NCBI RefSeq assembly: GCF_963921235.1
Contig: NC_086108.1
Coordinates: forward strand, 109,184,001-109,248,000
Source of the DNA: Mobula hypostoma
Lineage: Eukaryota
Direction of reading: 5' to 3'
Length of the DNA stretch: 64,000 nt
A program made the position numbers and the translations under genes. The notes below the pieces were generated by a model. It was not told the DNA's origin. It worked only from the letters and a program-made list of their open reading frames with translations, and ran no database searches. Below, piece by piece: positions 36,862 to 48,908 of this stretch (position 1 is the first letter of the stretch; each line of letters begins with the position of its first letter).

Positions 36862-39800
36862 AATGGTTGGGGGGTGGGAATCAAATTAAAGCGGCTAGGT
36901 GTGAGGAGGTTAGTTCACAACAGAGGGATGGGAACCAGTGCAGAGAGACAGAGGAGTGTAAAGTGAGCGTAGAAGCAAAAAGTACAAAGGGGAAAAGTAA
37001 AAGTGGCAGGCCGACAAATCCAGGGAAAGCATTAAAAAGGGCTAAGAGAGTTGTAAAAGAGTGCCTGAAGGCTTTATGTGTCAATGCAAGGAGCATTCGT
37101 AATAAGGTGGATGAATTGAAAGTGCAGATTGTTATTAATGATTATGATATAGTTGGGATCACAGAGACATGGCTCCAGGGTGACCAGGGATGGGAGCTCA
37201 ACGTTCAGGGATATTCAATATTCAGGAGGGATAGACACGAAGGAAGGGGAGGTGGGGTGGCGTTGCTGGTTAAAAAAGAGATTAACGCAATAGAAAGGAA
37301 GGACATAAGCCGGGAAGATGTGGAATCGATATGGGTAGAGCTGCGTAACACTAAGGGGCAGAAGACGCTGGTGGGAGTTGTGTACAGGCCACCTAACAGT
37401 AGTAGTGAGGTCGGAGATGGTATTAAACAGGAAATTAGAAATGTGTGCAATAAAGGAACAGCAGTTATAATGGGTGACTTCAATCTACATGTAGACTGGG
37501 TGAACCAAATTGGTAAAGGTGCTGAGGAAGAGGATTTCTTGGAATGTATGCGGGATGGTTTTTTGAACCAACATGTCGAGGAACCGACTAGAGAGCAGGC
37601 TATTCTGGACTGGGTTTTGAGCAATGAGGAAGGGTTAATTAGCGATCTTGTCGTGAGAGGCCCCTTGGGTAAGAGTGACCATAATATGGTGGAATTCTTC
37701 ATTAACATGGAGAGTGACATAGTTAATTCAGAAACAAAGGTTCTGAACTTAAAGAGGGGTAACTTTGAAGGTATGAGACATGAATTAGCTAAGATAGACT
37801 GGCAAATGACACTTCAAGGATTGACGGTGGATATGCAATGGCAGGCATTTAAAGGTTGCATGGATGAACTACAACAATTGTTCATCCCAGTTTGGCAAAA
37901 GAATAAATCAAGGAAGGTAGTGCACCCGTGGCTGACAAGAGAAATTAGGGATAGTATCAATTCCAAAGAAGTAGCATACAAATTAGCCAGAGAAAGTGGC
38001 TCACCTGAGGACTGGGAGAAATTCAGAGTTCAGCAGAGGAGGACAAAGGGCTTAATTAGGAAGGGGAAAAAAGATTATGAGAGAAAACTGGCAGAGAACA
38101 TAAAAACGGACTGTAAAAGCTTTTATAGATATGTAAAAAGGAAAAGACTGATAAAGACAAATGTAGGTCCCCTGCAAACAGAAACAGGTGAATTGATTAT
38201 GGGGAGCAAGGACATGGCAGACCAATTGAATAATTACTTTGGTTCTGTCTTCACTAAAGAGGACATAAATAATCTTCCAGAAATAGTAAGGGACAGAGGG
38301 TCCAGTGAGATGGAGGAACTGAGCGAAATACATGTTAGTAGGGAAGTGGTGTTAGGTAAATTGAAGGGATTGAAGGCAGATAAATCCCCAGGGCCAGATG
38401 GTCTGCATCCCAGAGTGCTTAAGGAAGTGGCCCAAGAAATAGTGGATGCATTAGTGATAATTTTTCAAAACTCGTTAGATTCTGGACTAGTTCCTGAGGA
38501 TTGGAGGGTGGCTAATGTAACCCCACTTTTTAAAAAAGGAGGGAGAGAGAAACCGGGGAATTATAGGCCGGTTAGCCTAACGTCGGTGGTGGGGAAACTG
38601 CTGGAGTCAGTTATCAAGGATGTGATAACAGCACATTTGGAAAGCGGTGAAATGATCGGACAAAGTCAGCATGGATTTGTGAAAGGAAAATCATGTCTGA
38701 CGAATCTCATAGAATTTTTTGAGGATGTAACTAGTAGAGTGGATAGGGGAGAACCAGTGGATGTGGTATATTTGGATTTTCAAAAGGCTTTTGACAAGGT
38801 CCCACATAGGAGATTAGTGTGCAAACTTAAAGCACACGGTATTGGGGGTAAGGTATTGGTGTGGGTGGAGAATTGGTTAGCAGACAGGAAGCAAAGAGTG
38901 GGAATAAACGGGACCTTTTCAGAATGGCAGGCGGTGACTAGTGGGGTACCGCAAGGCTCAGTGCTGGGACCCCAGTTGTTTACAATATATATTAATGACT
39001 TGGATGAGGGAATTAAATGCAGCATCTCCAAGTTTGCGGATGACACGAAGCTGGGTGGCAGTGTTAGCAGTGAGGAGGATGCTAAGAGGATGCAGGGTGA
39101 CTTGGATAGGTTGGGTGAGTGGGCAAACTCATGGCAGATGCAATTTAATGTGGATAAATGTGAAGTTATCCACTTTGGTGGCAAAAATAGGAAAACAGAT
39201 TATTATCTGAATGGTGGCCGATTAGGAAAAGGGGAGGTGCAACGAGACCTGGGTGTCATTATACACCAGTCATTGAAAGTGGGCATGCAGGTACAGCAGG
39301 CGGTGAAAAAGGCGAACGGTATGCTGGCATTTATAGCGAGAGGATTCGAGTACAGGAGCAGGGAGGTACTACTGCAGTTGTACAAGGCCTTGGTGAGACC
39401 ACACCTGGAGTATTGTGTGCAGTTTTGGTCCCCTAATCTGAGGAAAGACATCTTTGCCATAGAGGGAGTACAAAGAAGGTTCACCAGATTGATTCCTGGG
39501 ATGGCAGGTCTTTCATATGAAGAAAGACTGGATGAACTGGGCTTGTACTCGTTGGAATTTAGAAGATTGAGGGGGGATCTGATTGAAACGTATAAGATCC
39601 TAAAGGGATTGGACAGGCTAGATGCAGGAAGATTGTTCCCGATGTTGGGGAGGTCTAGAATGAGGGGTCACAGTTTGAGGATAGAGGGGAAGCCTTTTAG
39701 GACCGAGGTTAGGAAAAACTTCTTCACACAGAGAGTGGTGAATCTGTGGAATTCTCTGCCACAGCAAACTGTTGAGGCCAGTTCATTAGCTATGTTTAAA

Positions 39801-39866
39801 AGGAAGTTAGATATGGCCCTTGTGGCTACAGGGGTCAGGGGGTATGGAGGGAAGGCTGGGTTCTGA
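36858..39866 (+). CDS. CR1 ORF2: APE endonuclease plus reverse transcriptase (no initiating AUG)
   Basis: [33 protein letters not shown] and FADD motifs; about 1000 uninterrupted codons. Confidence 0.95.
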   Translation, partial: LEWLGGGNQIKAARCEEVSSQQRDGNQCRETEECKVSVEAKSTKGKSKSGRPTNPGKALKRAKRVVKECLKALCVNARSIRNKVDELKVQIVINDYDIVGITETWLQGDQGWELNVQGYSIFRRDRHEGRGGGVALLVKKEINAIERKDISREDVESIWVELRNTKGQKTLVGVVYRPPNSSSEVGDGIKQEIRNVCNKGTAVIMGDFNLHVDWVNQIGKGAEEEDFLECMRDGFLNQHVEEPTREQAILDWVLSNEEGLISDLVVRGPLGKSDHNMVEFFINMESDIVNSETKVLNLKRGNFEGMRHELAKIDWQMTLQGLTVDMQWQAFKGCMDELQQLFIPVWQKNKSRKVVHPWLTREIRDSINSKEVAYKLARESGSPEDWEKFRVQQRRTKGLIRKGKKDYERKLAENIKTDCKSFYRYVKRKRLIKTNVGPLQTETGELIMGSKDMADQLNNYFGSVFTKEDINNLPEIVRDRGSSEMEELSEIHVSREVVLGKLKGLKADKSPGPDGLHPRVLKEVAQEIVDALVIIFQNSLDSGLVPEDWRVANVTPLFKKGGREKPGNYRPVSLTSVVGKLLESVIKDVITAHLESGEMIGQSQHGFVKGKSCLTNLIEFFEDVTSRVDRGEPVDVVYLDFQKAFDKVPHRRLVCKLKAHGIGGKVLVWVENWLADRKQRVGINGTFSEWQAVTSGVPQGSVLGPQLFTIYINDLDEGIKCSISKFADDTKLGGSVSSEEDAKRMQGDLDRLGEWANSWQMQFNVDKCEVIHFGGKNRKTDYYLNGGRLGKGEVQRDLGVIIHQSLKVGMQVQQAVKKANGMLAFIARGFEYRSREVLLQLYKALVRPHLEYCVQFWSPNLRKDIFAIEGVQRRFTRLIPGMAGLSYEERLDELGLYSLEFRRLRGDLIETYKILKGLDRLDAGRLFPMLGRSRMRGHSLRIEGKPFRTEVRKNFFTQRVVNLWNSLPQQTVEASSLAMFKRKLDMALVATGVRGYGGKAGF

Positions 39867-42800
39867 GTTGGATGATCAGCCATGATCATAATAAATGGCG
39901 GTGCAGGCTCGAAGGGCCGAATGGCCTACTCCTGCACCTATTTTCTATGTTTCTATGTTTCTAAGTCAGAGCCAAAGTAAAAGCAAAAGAGAGGGCATAC
40001 AAGGAAGCCAGAGCTAGTGGAAAGATAGAGGATTGGGGAGCTTTTAAAAACTTGCAGAAGGAAACTAAGAAGGTCAATAGGAAGGAAAAAATGAATTATG
40101 AAAGCAAATTGGCGACTAATTTCAAATAAGATGCTAAAAGCATTTTTAAGTATATAAAGGGTAAACAAGAGTTGAGGGTAGATATAGGACCAATAGAAAT
40201 TGACGCTGGAGATATTGTAATGAGAGATGCAGAGATGGCAGAGGAACTGAATGCATATTTTGCATTAGTCTTCACAGTGGAAGATATCTGCAGTATACCG
40301 GGCATTCAAGAGTGTCAGGGAAGTGAAGTATGTGCAATGAAAATTACGACTGAGAAGGTGCTCAGGAAGCTTAATTTTCTGAGGGTGGATAAATCTCCTG
40401 GACCTGATGGAATGCATCTTTGGGTTCTGAAGGGAGTAGCTGGAGAGATTGCGGAGGCATTAACAATGATCTTTCAAGAATTGATAGATTCTGGCATTGT
40501 ACTGGATGACTGGAAAATTGCAAATGTTACTCCACTATTTAAGAAGGGTAGGAGGCAGCAGAAAGGAAACTATAGACCTGTTAGCCTAACATCAGTGTTG
40601 CAGAGGGGGTGGTGTGGCAGTTGTTGGAATCAATAGTTAGGGATGAGATTATAGAGTACCTGGAGGCACATGACAAGATAGGCCAAAGCCAGCATGGTTT
40701 CCTGAAAGGAAAATCCTGCCTGACTAACCTACTGCAATTTTTTGAGGAAATTACAAGCAGGATAGACAAAGGAGATGTAGTAGATGTGGCGTACTTGGAT
40801 TTTCAGAAGGCCCTTGACAAGGTGCTGCACATGAGGCTGCTTAGCAAGATAAGAGCCCATGGAATTACAGGGAAGTTACTAGCATGGGTGGAGCATTGGT
40901 TGATTGGCAGAAAGCAGAGAGTGGGAATAAAGGGATCCTATTCTGGCTGGCTACCAGTTACCAGTGGAGTTCCTCAGGGGTTGGTGTTGGGACCGCTGCT
41001 TTATACAATGTATGTCAGCGATTTGGACTATGGAATTAATCGACTTGTGGTTAAATTTGCCAATGATACAAAGATAGGTGGAGGAGTGGGTAATGTTGAG
41101 GAAACAGAGAGCCTGCAGAGAGTTAGATAGTTTAGGGGAATGGGCAAAGAAGTGGCAAATGAAATACAATGTTGGGAAGTGTATGATCATGCATTTTGGT
41201 GGAAGAAATAAACGGGAAGACTATTATTTAGATGGGGAGAGAATTCAAAATGCAGAGATGCAAAGGGACTTAGGAGTCCTTGTGCAGGATACCCTAAAGG
41301 TTAACCTCCAGGTTGAGTCAGTGGTGAAGAAGGCGAATGCAATGTTGGCACTCATTTCTAGAGGTATAGAATGTAAGAGCAGGGATGTGATGTTGAGGCT
41401 CTATAAGGCACTTGTGAGAGTACACTTGGATTATTGTGTGCAGTTTTGGGCTCCATATTTTAGAAAGGATATACTGACATTGGAGAGGCTTCAGAGAAGG
41501 TTCATGAGAATGATTCCAAGAATGAAAGGGTTACCATATGAGGAATGTCTGGCAGCTCTTGGGCTGTATTCCCTGGAGTTCAGGAGAATGAGGGGGATCT
41601 CAAAAGGCTTGAACAGATTAGATATGGCAAAGTTATTTCCCACAGCAAGGGAGTCTAGGACAAGAGGGCACGACTTCAGGATTGAAGGACATCCATTTAG
41701 AACAGAGATGCATAGAAATTACTTTAGTCTGAGGGTGTTATATTCGTGGAATTTTTTTCCATGAGCGGCTGTGGAGGTCAAGTCATTGGGTGCATTTAAG
41801 GCAGAGATAGATAGGTTCTTGATTAGCCAGGGCATCAAAGGATATGGGGAGAAGGCAGGGAAGTGGGGATGACTGGAAGAATTGGATCAGCCCATGATTG
41901 AATGGCAGAGTAGACTTGATGGGCTGAATGGCCTACTTCTGCTCCTATATCTTAAGGTCTTATGGTCTTGTCTATGCCTCTCATAATTTTCATAACCTCT
42001 ATCAGATCTTCATTCCTCTCGCCCACTCACCCACTCACATGGATAGTCATCCCACTCTGTTCTCCAGTCTCAAAGCTTTGGCCATCTGGCTTTGACTTCC
42101 AGGCTTCCGATCAACCTTTAGGCTCTGATGAACCCTTGCACTAGCCAATGACGGGACCCTGAATTCCAGGCTTGAACCTCAGGCATGCTGACCGACCAGC
42201 CTTCATGCCTCCTTGTGCTTTCTACTCGTACAGACTCCTGGTCACAGGCCTTCCAGCAGGGAGCAGAGACATGGACTGCAAATGACTTCATCGCGTGGCC
42301 ACTCTTCACTGGCTATTAATACTTCAAATTTCAAAGTAAATTAACAAGGTATGTATACGTCACCATTTGCAGCCCTGAGGTTCATTTTCTTGCAGGCATA
42401 GACAGTAGCAGTACAATGGAACCAATGGAAAACTACACACAAAGTCTGACAAATAACCAACATGCAAAAGAAAACATTTTAACTCTTGAGTTAAACCCAT
42501 AACCCGTACTGGGGGATAGGCCGCCTACAGCAGCTCACCAATGTCCTCTATCCTAGGTCTGTCTTTCAAATTGTCCCTCGGTGTAGCCTATTCTCTGGGT
42601 GAAAGTCCTTCCTCTCCCAGGGATGAGGTCTTTGGCACTTCAGCTGACATTTCTGCTGCTCTGGGTTCTTACGGGATGGGGTTGCTAGCTCCATGCCCAG
42701 CCCTCCTCCTTCTCAGCCGCACTTGGTGGATTTCAAAAGAAGACAAACGGTCCAAATAATAAATAAGTAAATACGGAAATAAATAATGCACTAGCTTTCA

Positions 42801-42969
42801 TCACTCATCATTTTTAATGTGATATGAGAGATGTGTGTTTGTAAACTTCTTTTCCAATTAACACAATTGGAAATGAAGCAAATGAATTGAATAAAGTGAA
42901 GCACCTAATCAAATGAGACAAGTTACTCAAAGTTCGAAGCATATGCTATATCTTATGATCTTTCGGTCT

Positions 42970-43360
42970 TAAATTTATTATCAAAGTATGCATATGTCAC
43001 CATATACCCTGAGATTCATTTTGTTGCAGGCATTCACAGTAGAATAAATAAATACAATAGAATCAATGAAAATCTGCACAGAAAGACTGACAAACAACCA
43101 ATGTGCAAATGAAGACAAAGTATTCAAATACAAATAAATAAATATATACATACATACATACTGAACCTAACTTTCAGAATCCTTGAAATTGAACCCAGAG
43201 GTTACGGAATCAGTTCAGAGTTGTGGTGAGTGAAGTTATCCACGCTGGTTCAGGAGCCTGATGGTTGAAGGTTAATAACTGTTCCTGAACCTGGTGGTGT
43301 TGGAACTAAGGCTCCTGTTCCTCCTTCCTGATGGCGGCATTGAAAGACAGCATGGCCTGT
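42970..43360 (-). mobile_element. Rex1/Babar 3' end
   Basis: ccatcaggaaggagg...aggttcaggaacag on minus strand plus family tail; colinear with 57745-57950 joined to 61410-61660. Confidence 0.7.
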
Positions 43361-44089
43361 CGTCAGATGCAACATGTATGAGTATCAAATCCCTGCCATA
43401 ATTATCATCAAAATATCGTTCTTTTTGTAAATCATGCAATTATTATTTTCTTCTCATCTCAATGAGTAAATTAATAATTACACATCAAACAAGACCTCTT
43501 GGCTGCTTCACATCCATAATGAACTGCTTCCATGAATATTTATTACTTTCTGCAGCTTGCCTAGTTGGGCAAAAACAAAGTCATTTTTGCTTGATCTCAA
43601 CTAAGAGGCGACTTAATAGGGGTGTACAGTATGATAAAAGGCATTGACAGAGTGGACAGCCAGCACCTTTCTCCCAGGGCAGCAGTGGCCAATAACAGAG
43701 AGGGTGATTAGAGGTAGGTTTGGTGGGGGGGTAGGGGGGTGGATATTAGAGGTAGTTAATTTACACAGAGTAAGTGGCCGGAACACTCTGCCAAGGGTGG
43801 TAGAGGCAGATTCATTAAGGATGTTTAAGTGAATCTTGGATAGACACATAGGTGAAACAAAAATAGGGAGTTATGGGCTGTGAGGAAGGGAGGGGTAAGA
43901 TTGATTAGGGAGTAGGTTAAAAGTTTAGATGACATTGTGAGCCAAAGGACCTATACTGTGTTCTGCTGTTATATGTTATGCACTGTTAGGGTTTAAGGGC
44001 CTAGATGTAGACCTGTATGTTGATTCCTTAGACTTCTGTTGAATTTTCCTTTTAACTCCTCTTCACAAACTCCAAATAGAATGGGTGTA

Positions 44090-44955
44090 ATGACTCATTC
44101 CAGGGATCTGTCCTGGGCCCAACACATAAGTGCAATTGTGAAGAAAACACCTCTACTTCTTTGTAGTCTGCGGAGATTCGGCACAACCCGTAAAACTTTG
44201 ACAAACTTTCTATAAATGTGCAGTGGGGGGTATATTCATTGATTGCATCACGGCCTGGTATGGAAACATTAATGCCCCTGAACAGAAAAGGATACAAAAA
44301 ATACTGGATGCAGCCCAGTCCATCACAGGTAAAGCCCTCCCTACCATTGAGCCCATCTACACAGAGTGCTGTTGCAGAAAAGCAGCGTCCATTATTAGAG
44401 ACCCCCCACCCCCACCACCCAGCATCCAGGCCATGCTTCCTTCTTGTTGCTGCCATCAAGAAGGAGGTACGGGAGCCTCAGGGCTCACACCACTAGTTTA
44501 AGTGTATGCACCACCCTTTTACAAGGCAACGGGTGTTGCTGGACGCAAGAGCTTCTGCAGATACTGGAAATGCAAAGCAACACACACAGAAAGGTGGTGT
44601 CCTTCATTAAGGGCCTTCAGCACCAAGAACATGCCCTCTTCCCATTGCTAACATCAGGGAGAAGGTGCAGAAGCCTGAAAGCACTCAAACAATGATTCAG
44701 GAACAGCTTCTTCTCCTTGGCCATCCGATTTCTGAATTGACATTGAACCCATGAATACAACCTCACCACATTTTTATTTCTTTGTTTTTGCACTACTTAT
44801 TTAATATATTTAATTATATATTTAATTTATAAATATATTTACTGTAATTCACAGTCTTTTTCTCTGTTATTATGTATTGCATTGTACTACTGCTCCAAAG
44901 TTAACAAATTTCACGCTATATGCTGGTGATATTAAACCTGATTCTGATTCTGATC
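44090..44955 (+). mobile_element. Rex1/Babar 3' fragments
   Basis: DCITAWYGN...QKILDAAQSITG; (GATTCT)n tail. Confidence 0.75.
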
Positions 44956-45767
44956 CTGAAAATGCTAGAGGAACTCAATCGGTCAGGCAACGCCTATGGA
45001 ATCTGTTTCTAAATTCTGGTCCTCTTTAGAAATTGGTCCTTACTTGTTGAGCACCTGAATCAACCCTTCTTACCTATTCATAGTTAAACACGGGCAGCAC
45101 AACAAGAAAGGACCCCCCGGACCTGGGGAATTCAAGCCAGTAAATAAATCAGTATATAAATCACGCTTGCGTTGAAAGCGTAGACTGATGACGATAATAA
45201 CCTCGCATTTAGAGCTACATTAAGCTGCAATTGTTTATTATATAACTGAATCATATTACTTCCAGCAGCTTTAAAATTCTACAACACTTTAAATGAGGTC
45301 ACCCATTCACTGAATCAAGAGGGAGATATTTATAATAATTTACCAGGTTTTCAATAGTATAAAACCATGGTCCATTGGGAATTTTCAAGTCACACTCCCC
45401 AGCCTGTGCTGTTGGGAACTTCAGCTTGCTTTATTACATTAAAGGTGTTAAATAAATGTTTCTTATATGTAGGTGTCCACAGAGTGCAGTGGAAACAAAG
45501 GCAGGTCGTTCAGACTTTAAGCCTCCTCTACCGTACATTAAGATTTAAAGATTAGCTTTATTTATCACAGGTACAGATAAACCTAATCTTAAATCGTATT
45601 GAATGTTAGAGCAAAAAAAACGACAAAAAGCGAAATTTGCGTTAGTTCTTGTTTTTTATCTCATCGTGTTTTTTTTTGTGCTGCATCGGATCTGGAGTAA
45701 CAATTATTTTGTTCTCCTTTACACTCATGTACTGGAAATGACAACAAACCAGTTTGAAGCGTGAAGC

Positions 45768-46155
45768 TCAGAATCAGAATCAGGTTTAACATCACTGGCA
45801 TATGTCGTGAAGTATGTCGTTCTGATGCAGCAGTGTATATCGCAACACATAATGAAGACTATAAATTACTATAGGTAATATATACATAAAATTAACTTAA
45901 ATTAATAGTACAAAACAAGCAAAAAAATAGTGAGGTGGTGTACACAGGTTCATTGTTAATTCAGAAATCTGACAGTGGATGGGAAGACACTGTTCCTAAA
46001 ATGTTGAGCGTGTGTCTTCAGACTCCTGTACCTCCTGGATGGCAGCAATGCAAAGAGGGCACGTCCTGGGCGATTGGGGTCCTTAACCATCTCCTGCTTT
46101 TTGAAGCATCGCATTTTGAAGATATCCTCGATGCTGGTGAGGCTAGTACCCATGA
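45768..46155 (-). mobile_element. Rex1/Babar 3' fragment
   Basis: LFALLPSRRYRSLKTH...FRNSVFPSTVRFLN; tcagaatcagaatc tail. Confidence 0.75.
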
Positions 46156-46334
46156 TTAAATCAGCCAGGATTGAACTGGGGGCTGCAAGAAGTGCAACAG
46201 GCTTCTGGCACCAACATAGCACGCCCAGTACGCAATCATCCTAATTGTACATCTTTGGAATGTGGGAGGAAACCGGAGCATCTGGAGGAAACCCACGTGG
46301 TCATGGGGAGAATGTAAAAACTCTTTACAGATCA

Positions 46335-46722
46335 AAGCACACAAAATTCTGCAGGAACTCTGCAGGTCAGGCAGCATCTCTGGAGAGGAGCAAACAGTCA
46401 ATGCTTCAGCCTGAGACCCTTCATCAGGACTGGAAAGGAAAGGAGAAGAAACCAGAATAAAAAGGGGAAGAAGTACCAGCTGATAGGTGAAAGTTGAGAC
46501 CAGGTGAGGGAGAAGGTGGGATTCTCACTTCATCCCCCTCCCCCATCCACCTACTTTCCTGCTCACCTGGTTTCACCTATTGCCTGCGGGCTTGAACTCC
46601 CTCTCTCCTCCACCACCACCACCCCCCCCAAACTTATTCTGATTTCTTCCTTCTTCTTTCCCAGTTCTGATGAAGGATTTCGGCCAGGAATGTCGAATGT
46701 TCATTCCTCTCCATAGATGCTC
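46335..46722. mobile_element. Palindromic PLE terminal remnant with two degenerate hammerheads
   Basis: Minus pLTR (about 46335-46520) followed by plus pLTR (about 46525-46722); CTGATGA cores on both strands. Confidence 0.7.
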
Positions 46723-46839
46723 AGAGAGATAGAATATTCTAGAAATGAAGTGTATTCTTTTCTATCAGCACGAACAATTTTTTTTATTATGCTCACAGTT
46801 CTGGAGAATTCCAACAGCTTGAGTCATACAGCATGGAAT

Positions 46840-47278
46840 CATAGAGCACCACAACACAGAAACAAGCCCTTCGGCCCATCTAGTCGGTGTTGAACTATTA
46901 ATCTGCCTACTCCCATCAACCTGCACTCAGACCATAGCTCTCCATTTCCTATTCAAGTTTCTCATCAACGTTGAAATTGAGCTAGCATGTGCCACTTGCA
47001 CTGGCAGCTCTTTCCACGTTCTCTCCGCTCTCTGCGTAAAGAGCTTCCTCCTCATGTTCCTCTTATATATTTCATCTTTCATCTTTAACCCATAAGCTCT
47101 AGTTCTTGTCTCGCCCAACTTCAGTGGAAAAATTCTGCTTGCATTTACCCTGTCTATACCCCTCATAATTTTCCATACCCTAATCAAATCTACCTTCATT
47201 CACCTACACTCCAGGAGGTAAAATCCGATGTGATTCAAACTTTCCCTATAACTAAGGTCCTCAAGTCCTGTCAACGTC
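46840..47278 (-). mobile_element. CR1 3' fragment
   Basis: DLIRVWKIMRGIDRV...LFTQRA. Confidence 0.75.
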
Positions 47279-47339
47279 GGTGTTCGGTTTCACCACTCTT
47301 CGATAATCTATCTCAGTGAAGTACTGATTTGACAAACTT

Positions 47340-47775
47340 GGCTATGAGGTGCCTCTTACTCAATCGCAGGACTCTGCAGAGGGTGGTGCGGACAGCCCAG
47401 CGCATCTGTAGATATAAACTTACTACCATTTAGGATGTTTGCAAAGACAGGTGTGTAAAAAGGGCCCGAAGGATCATTGGGGACCTGAGTCACCCCAACC
47501 ACAAACTATTCCAGCTGCTCCCATCTGGGAAATGGTACCACAGCATAAAGCCAGGATCAACAGGCTCAGGGACAGCTTCTTCCACCAGGCCATCAGACTG
47601 ATTAACTCAAGCTGACACAGTTGTATTTCTATGTTATATTGACAGTCCTGCTGTACGTACTATTTATTGCAAATTACTATAAATAGCATATTGCACATTC
47701 AGACAGAGATGTCACATAAAGATTTTTACTCCTCATGTATGTGAAGGATGTAAGAAATAAAGTCAATTCAATTCA
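47340..47775 (+). mobile_element. Rex1/Babar 3' fragment
   Basis: NRRTLQRVVRTAQRI...HPNHKLFQLLPSGK; (TTCAA)n tail. Confidence 0.75.
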
Positions 47776-48369
47776 AATGACCAGGATTGATTGGAAGTTG
47801 AAGTTGTGGGAGCATTTCTCTGATGCACAATCACACACACAATATTAGCCTGTGGTAGTCGGTACAGAAGAGAGCTGCAGAGAAAGTGCAGTGCAGGTGC
47901 AAGGTCAAAACAAGGTAGATTGTGAGGTCAACAGTCTAACTTATTTTACTAGGAGACTACTTAATGGTCTTATAACAGTGGGGTGGAAGCTGCCTGAGAA
48001 CCTGGTGGTATATACTTTCGGGCTTTTGTATCTCCTGCCTGACGGGAGAGGGGAGAAGAGAATATATTCGGAGTGGTTGGGGTCTTTGATTATGCTTGCA
48101 TCCTTACTAAGTCAGCGAGGACTGTAGACAGAGTCCATGGAGAAGAAACCAGCTTCCATGATGTTCTGAGCTGCAACCGCAGCTCGCTGCAGGTGATATT
48201 TTTGTGGCCATGTGCATACCAAGGATGAAGGAACTGAGGGTCGTAGGGAATTGGCAGAGAGGAGGAGAGAAGTCTTGGAACGAGTCAGCCGTGATCACAT
48301 TGAATTGTGGGACAGGTTCGAGCTCACTCCAGCCCATTCGTCTGTTTAGTATCTGCCTTTGGGGATAAG

Positions 48370-48908
48370 ACTATAAGACCATCAAACATGAAAGCAGAAT
48401 TAGGCCGTTTGGCTCGTCGAACTGCTCCAACATTCTGTCATGGCTGATTATTTAGATTATGAAGACATGCAGTCCTCTTTTATTGTCATTTAGTAATGCA
48501 TGCATTAAGAAATGATACAATATTTCCTCCAGTGTGATATCACAAAACACAGGACAAACCAAGACTGAAAAAACTAACAAAACCACATAATTATAACATA
48601 TAGTTACAACAGTGCAACAATACCATAACTTGATGAAGAAGTCCATGAGCACAGTAAATTCTGACTCCCATTTTCCTGCCTTCTACTCATAGACTTTGCT
48701 GATCTAACTAACCAAGAGCCTATCAAACTCTGTTTTATATATATACTGGATGATTTGGCCACCACAGAGTTCCGTAGTAGTGAATGCCACAGGTTATTCA
48801 TCCTCTGGCGAAACAAATCCCTCCTCATCTCTGTTCTAAATGGACATCCCTCAATTCTAAGGCTGTGACCTCTGGCCCTAGACTCACCCACTAGAGGAAA
48901 CATCTTCT
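48370..48908 (-). mobile_element. CR1 3' fragment with LINE-tail insertion at 48453-48655
   Basis: MFPLVGESRARGHSLRIEG and 3' UTR. Confidence 0.75.

Larger units (their letters stand above)
35435..39962 (+). mobile_element. Full-length, coding-intact CR1 LINE
   Basis: 5' UTR, ORF1, ORF2 and (TTTCTATG)n tail; TSD aagtc at 35430-35434 and 39963-39967. Confidence 0.96.
34303..41969 (+). mobile_element. Diverged CR1 host element (ORF1 absent, degenerate ORF2), split by the full-length CR1
   Basis: KVLYMNACNIRNK APE start; PWLTSEV at 35434 resumes as RAKVKAKE at 39968; RT and tail to about 41969. Confidence 0.9.

Noticed and set aside
36863..36889. TAG-A-ATG as a termination-reinitiation start for ORF2
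   Set aside because: The AUG is out of frame with ORF2, stops after 8 codons and is absent from the second CR1 junction
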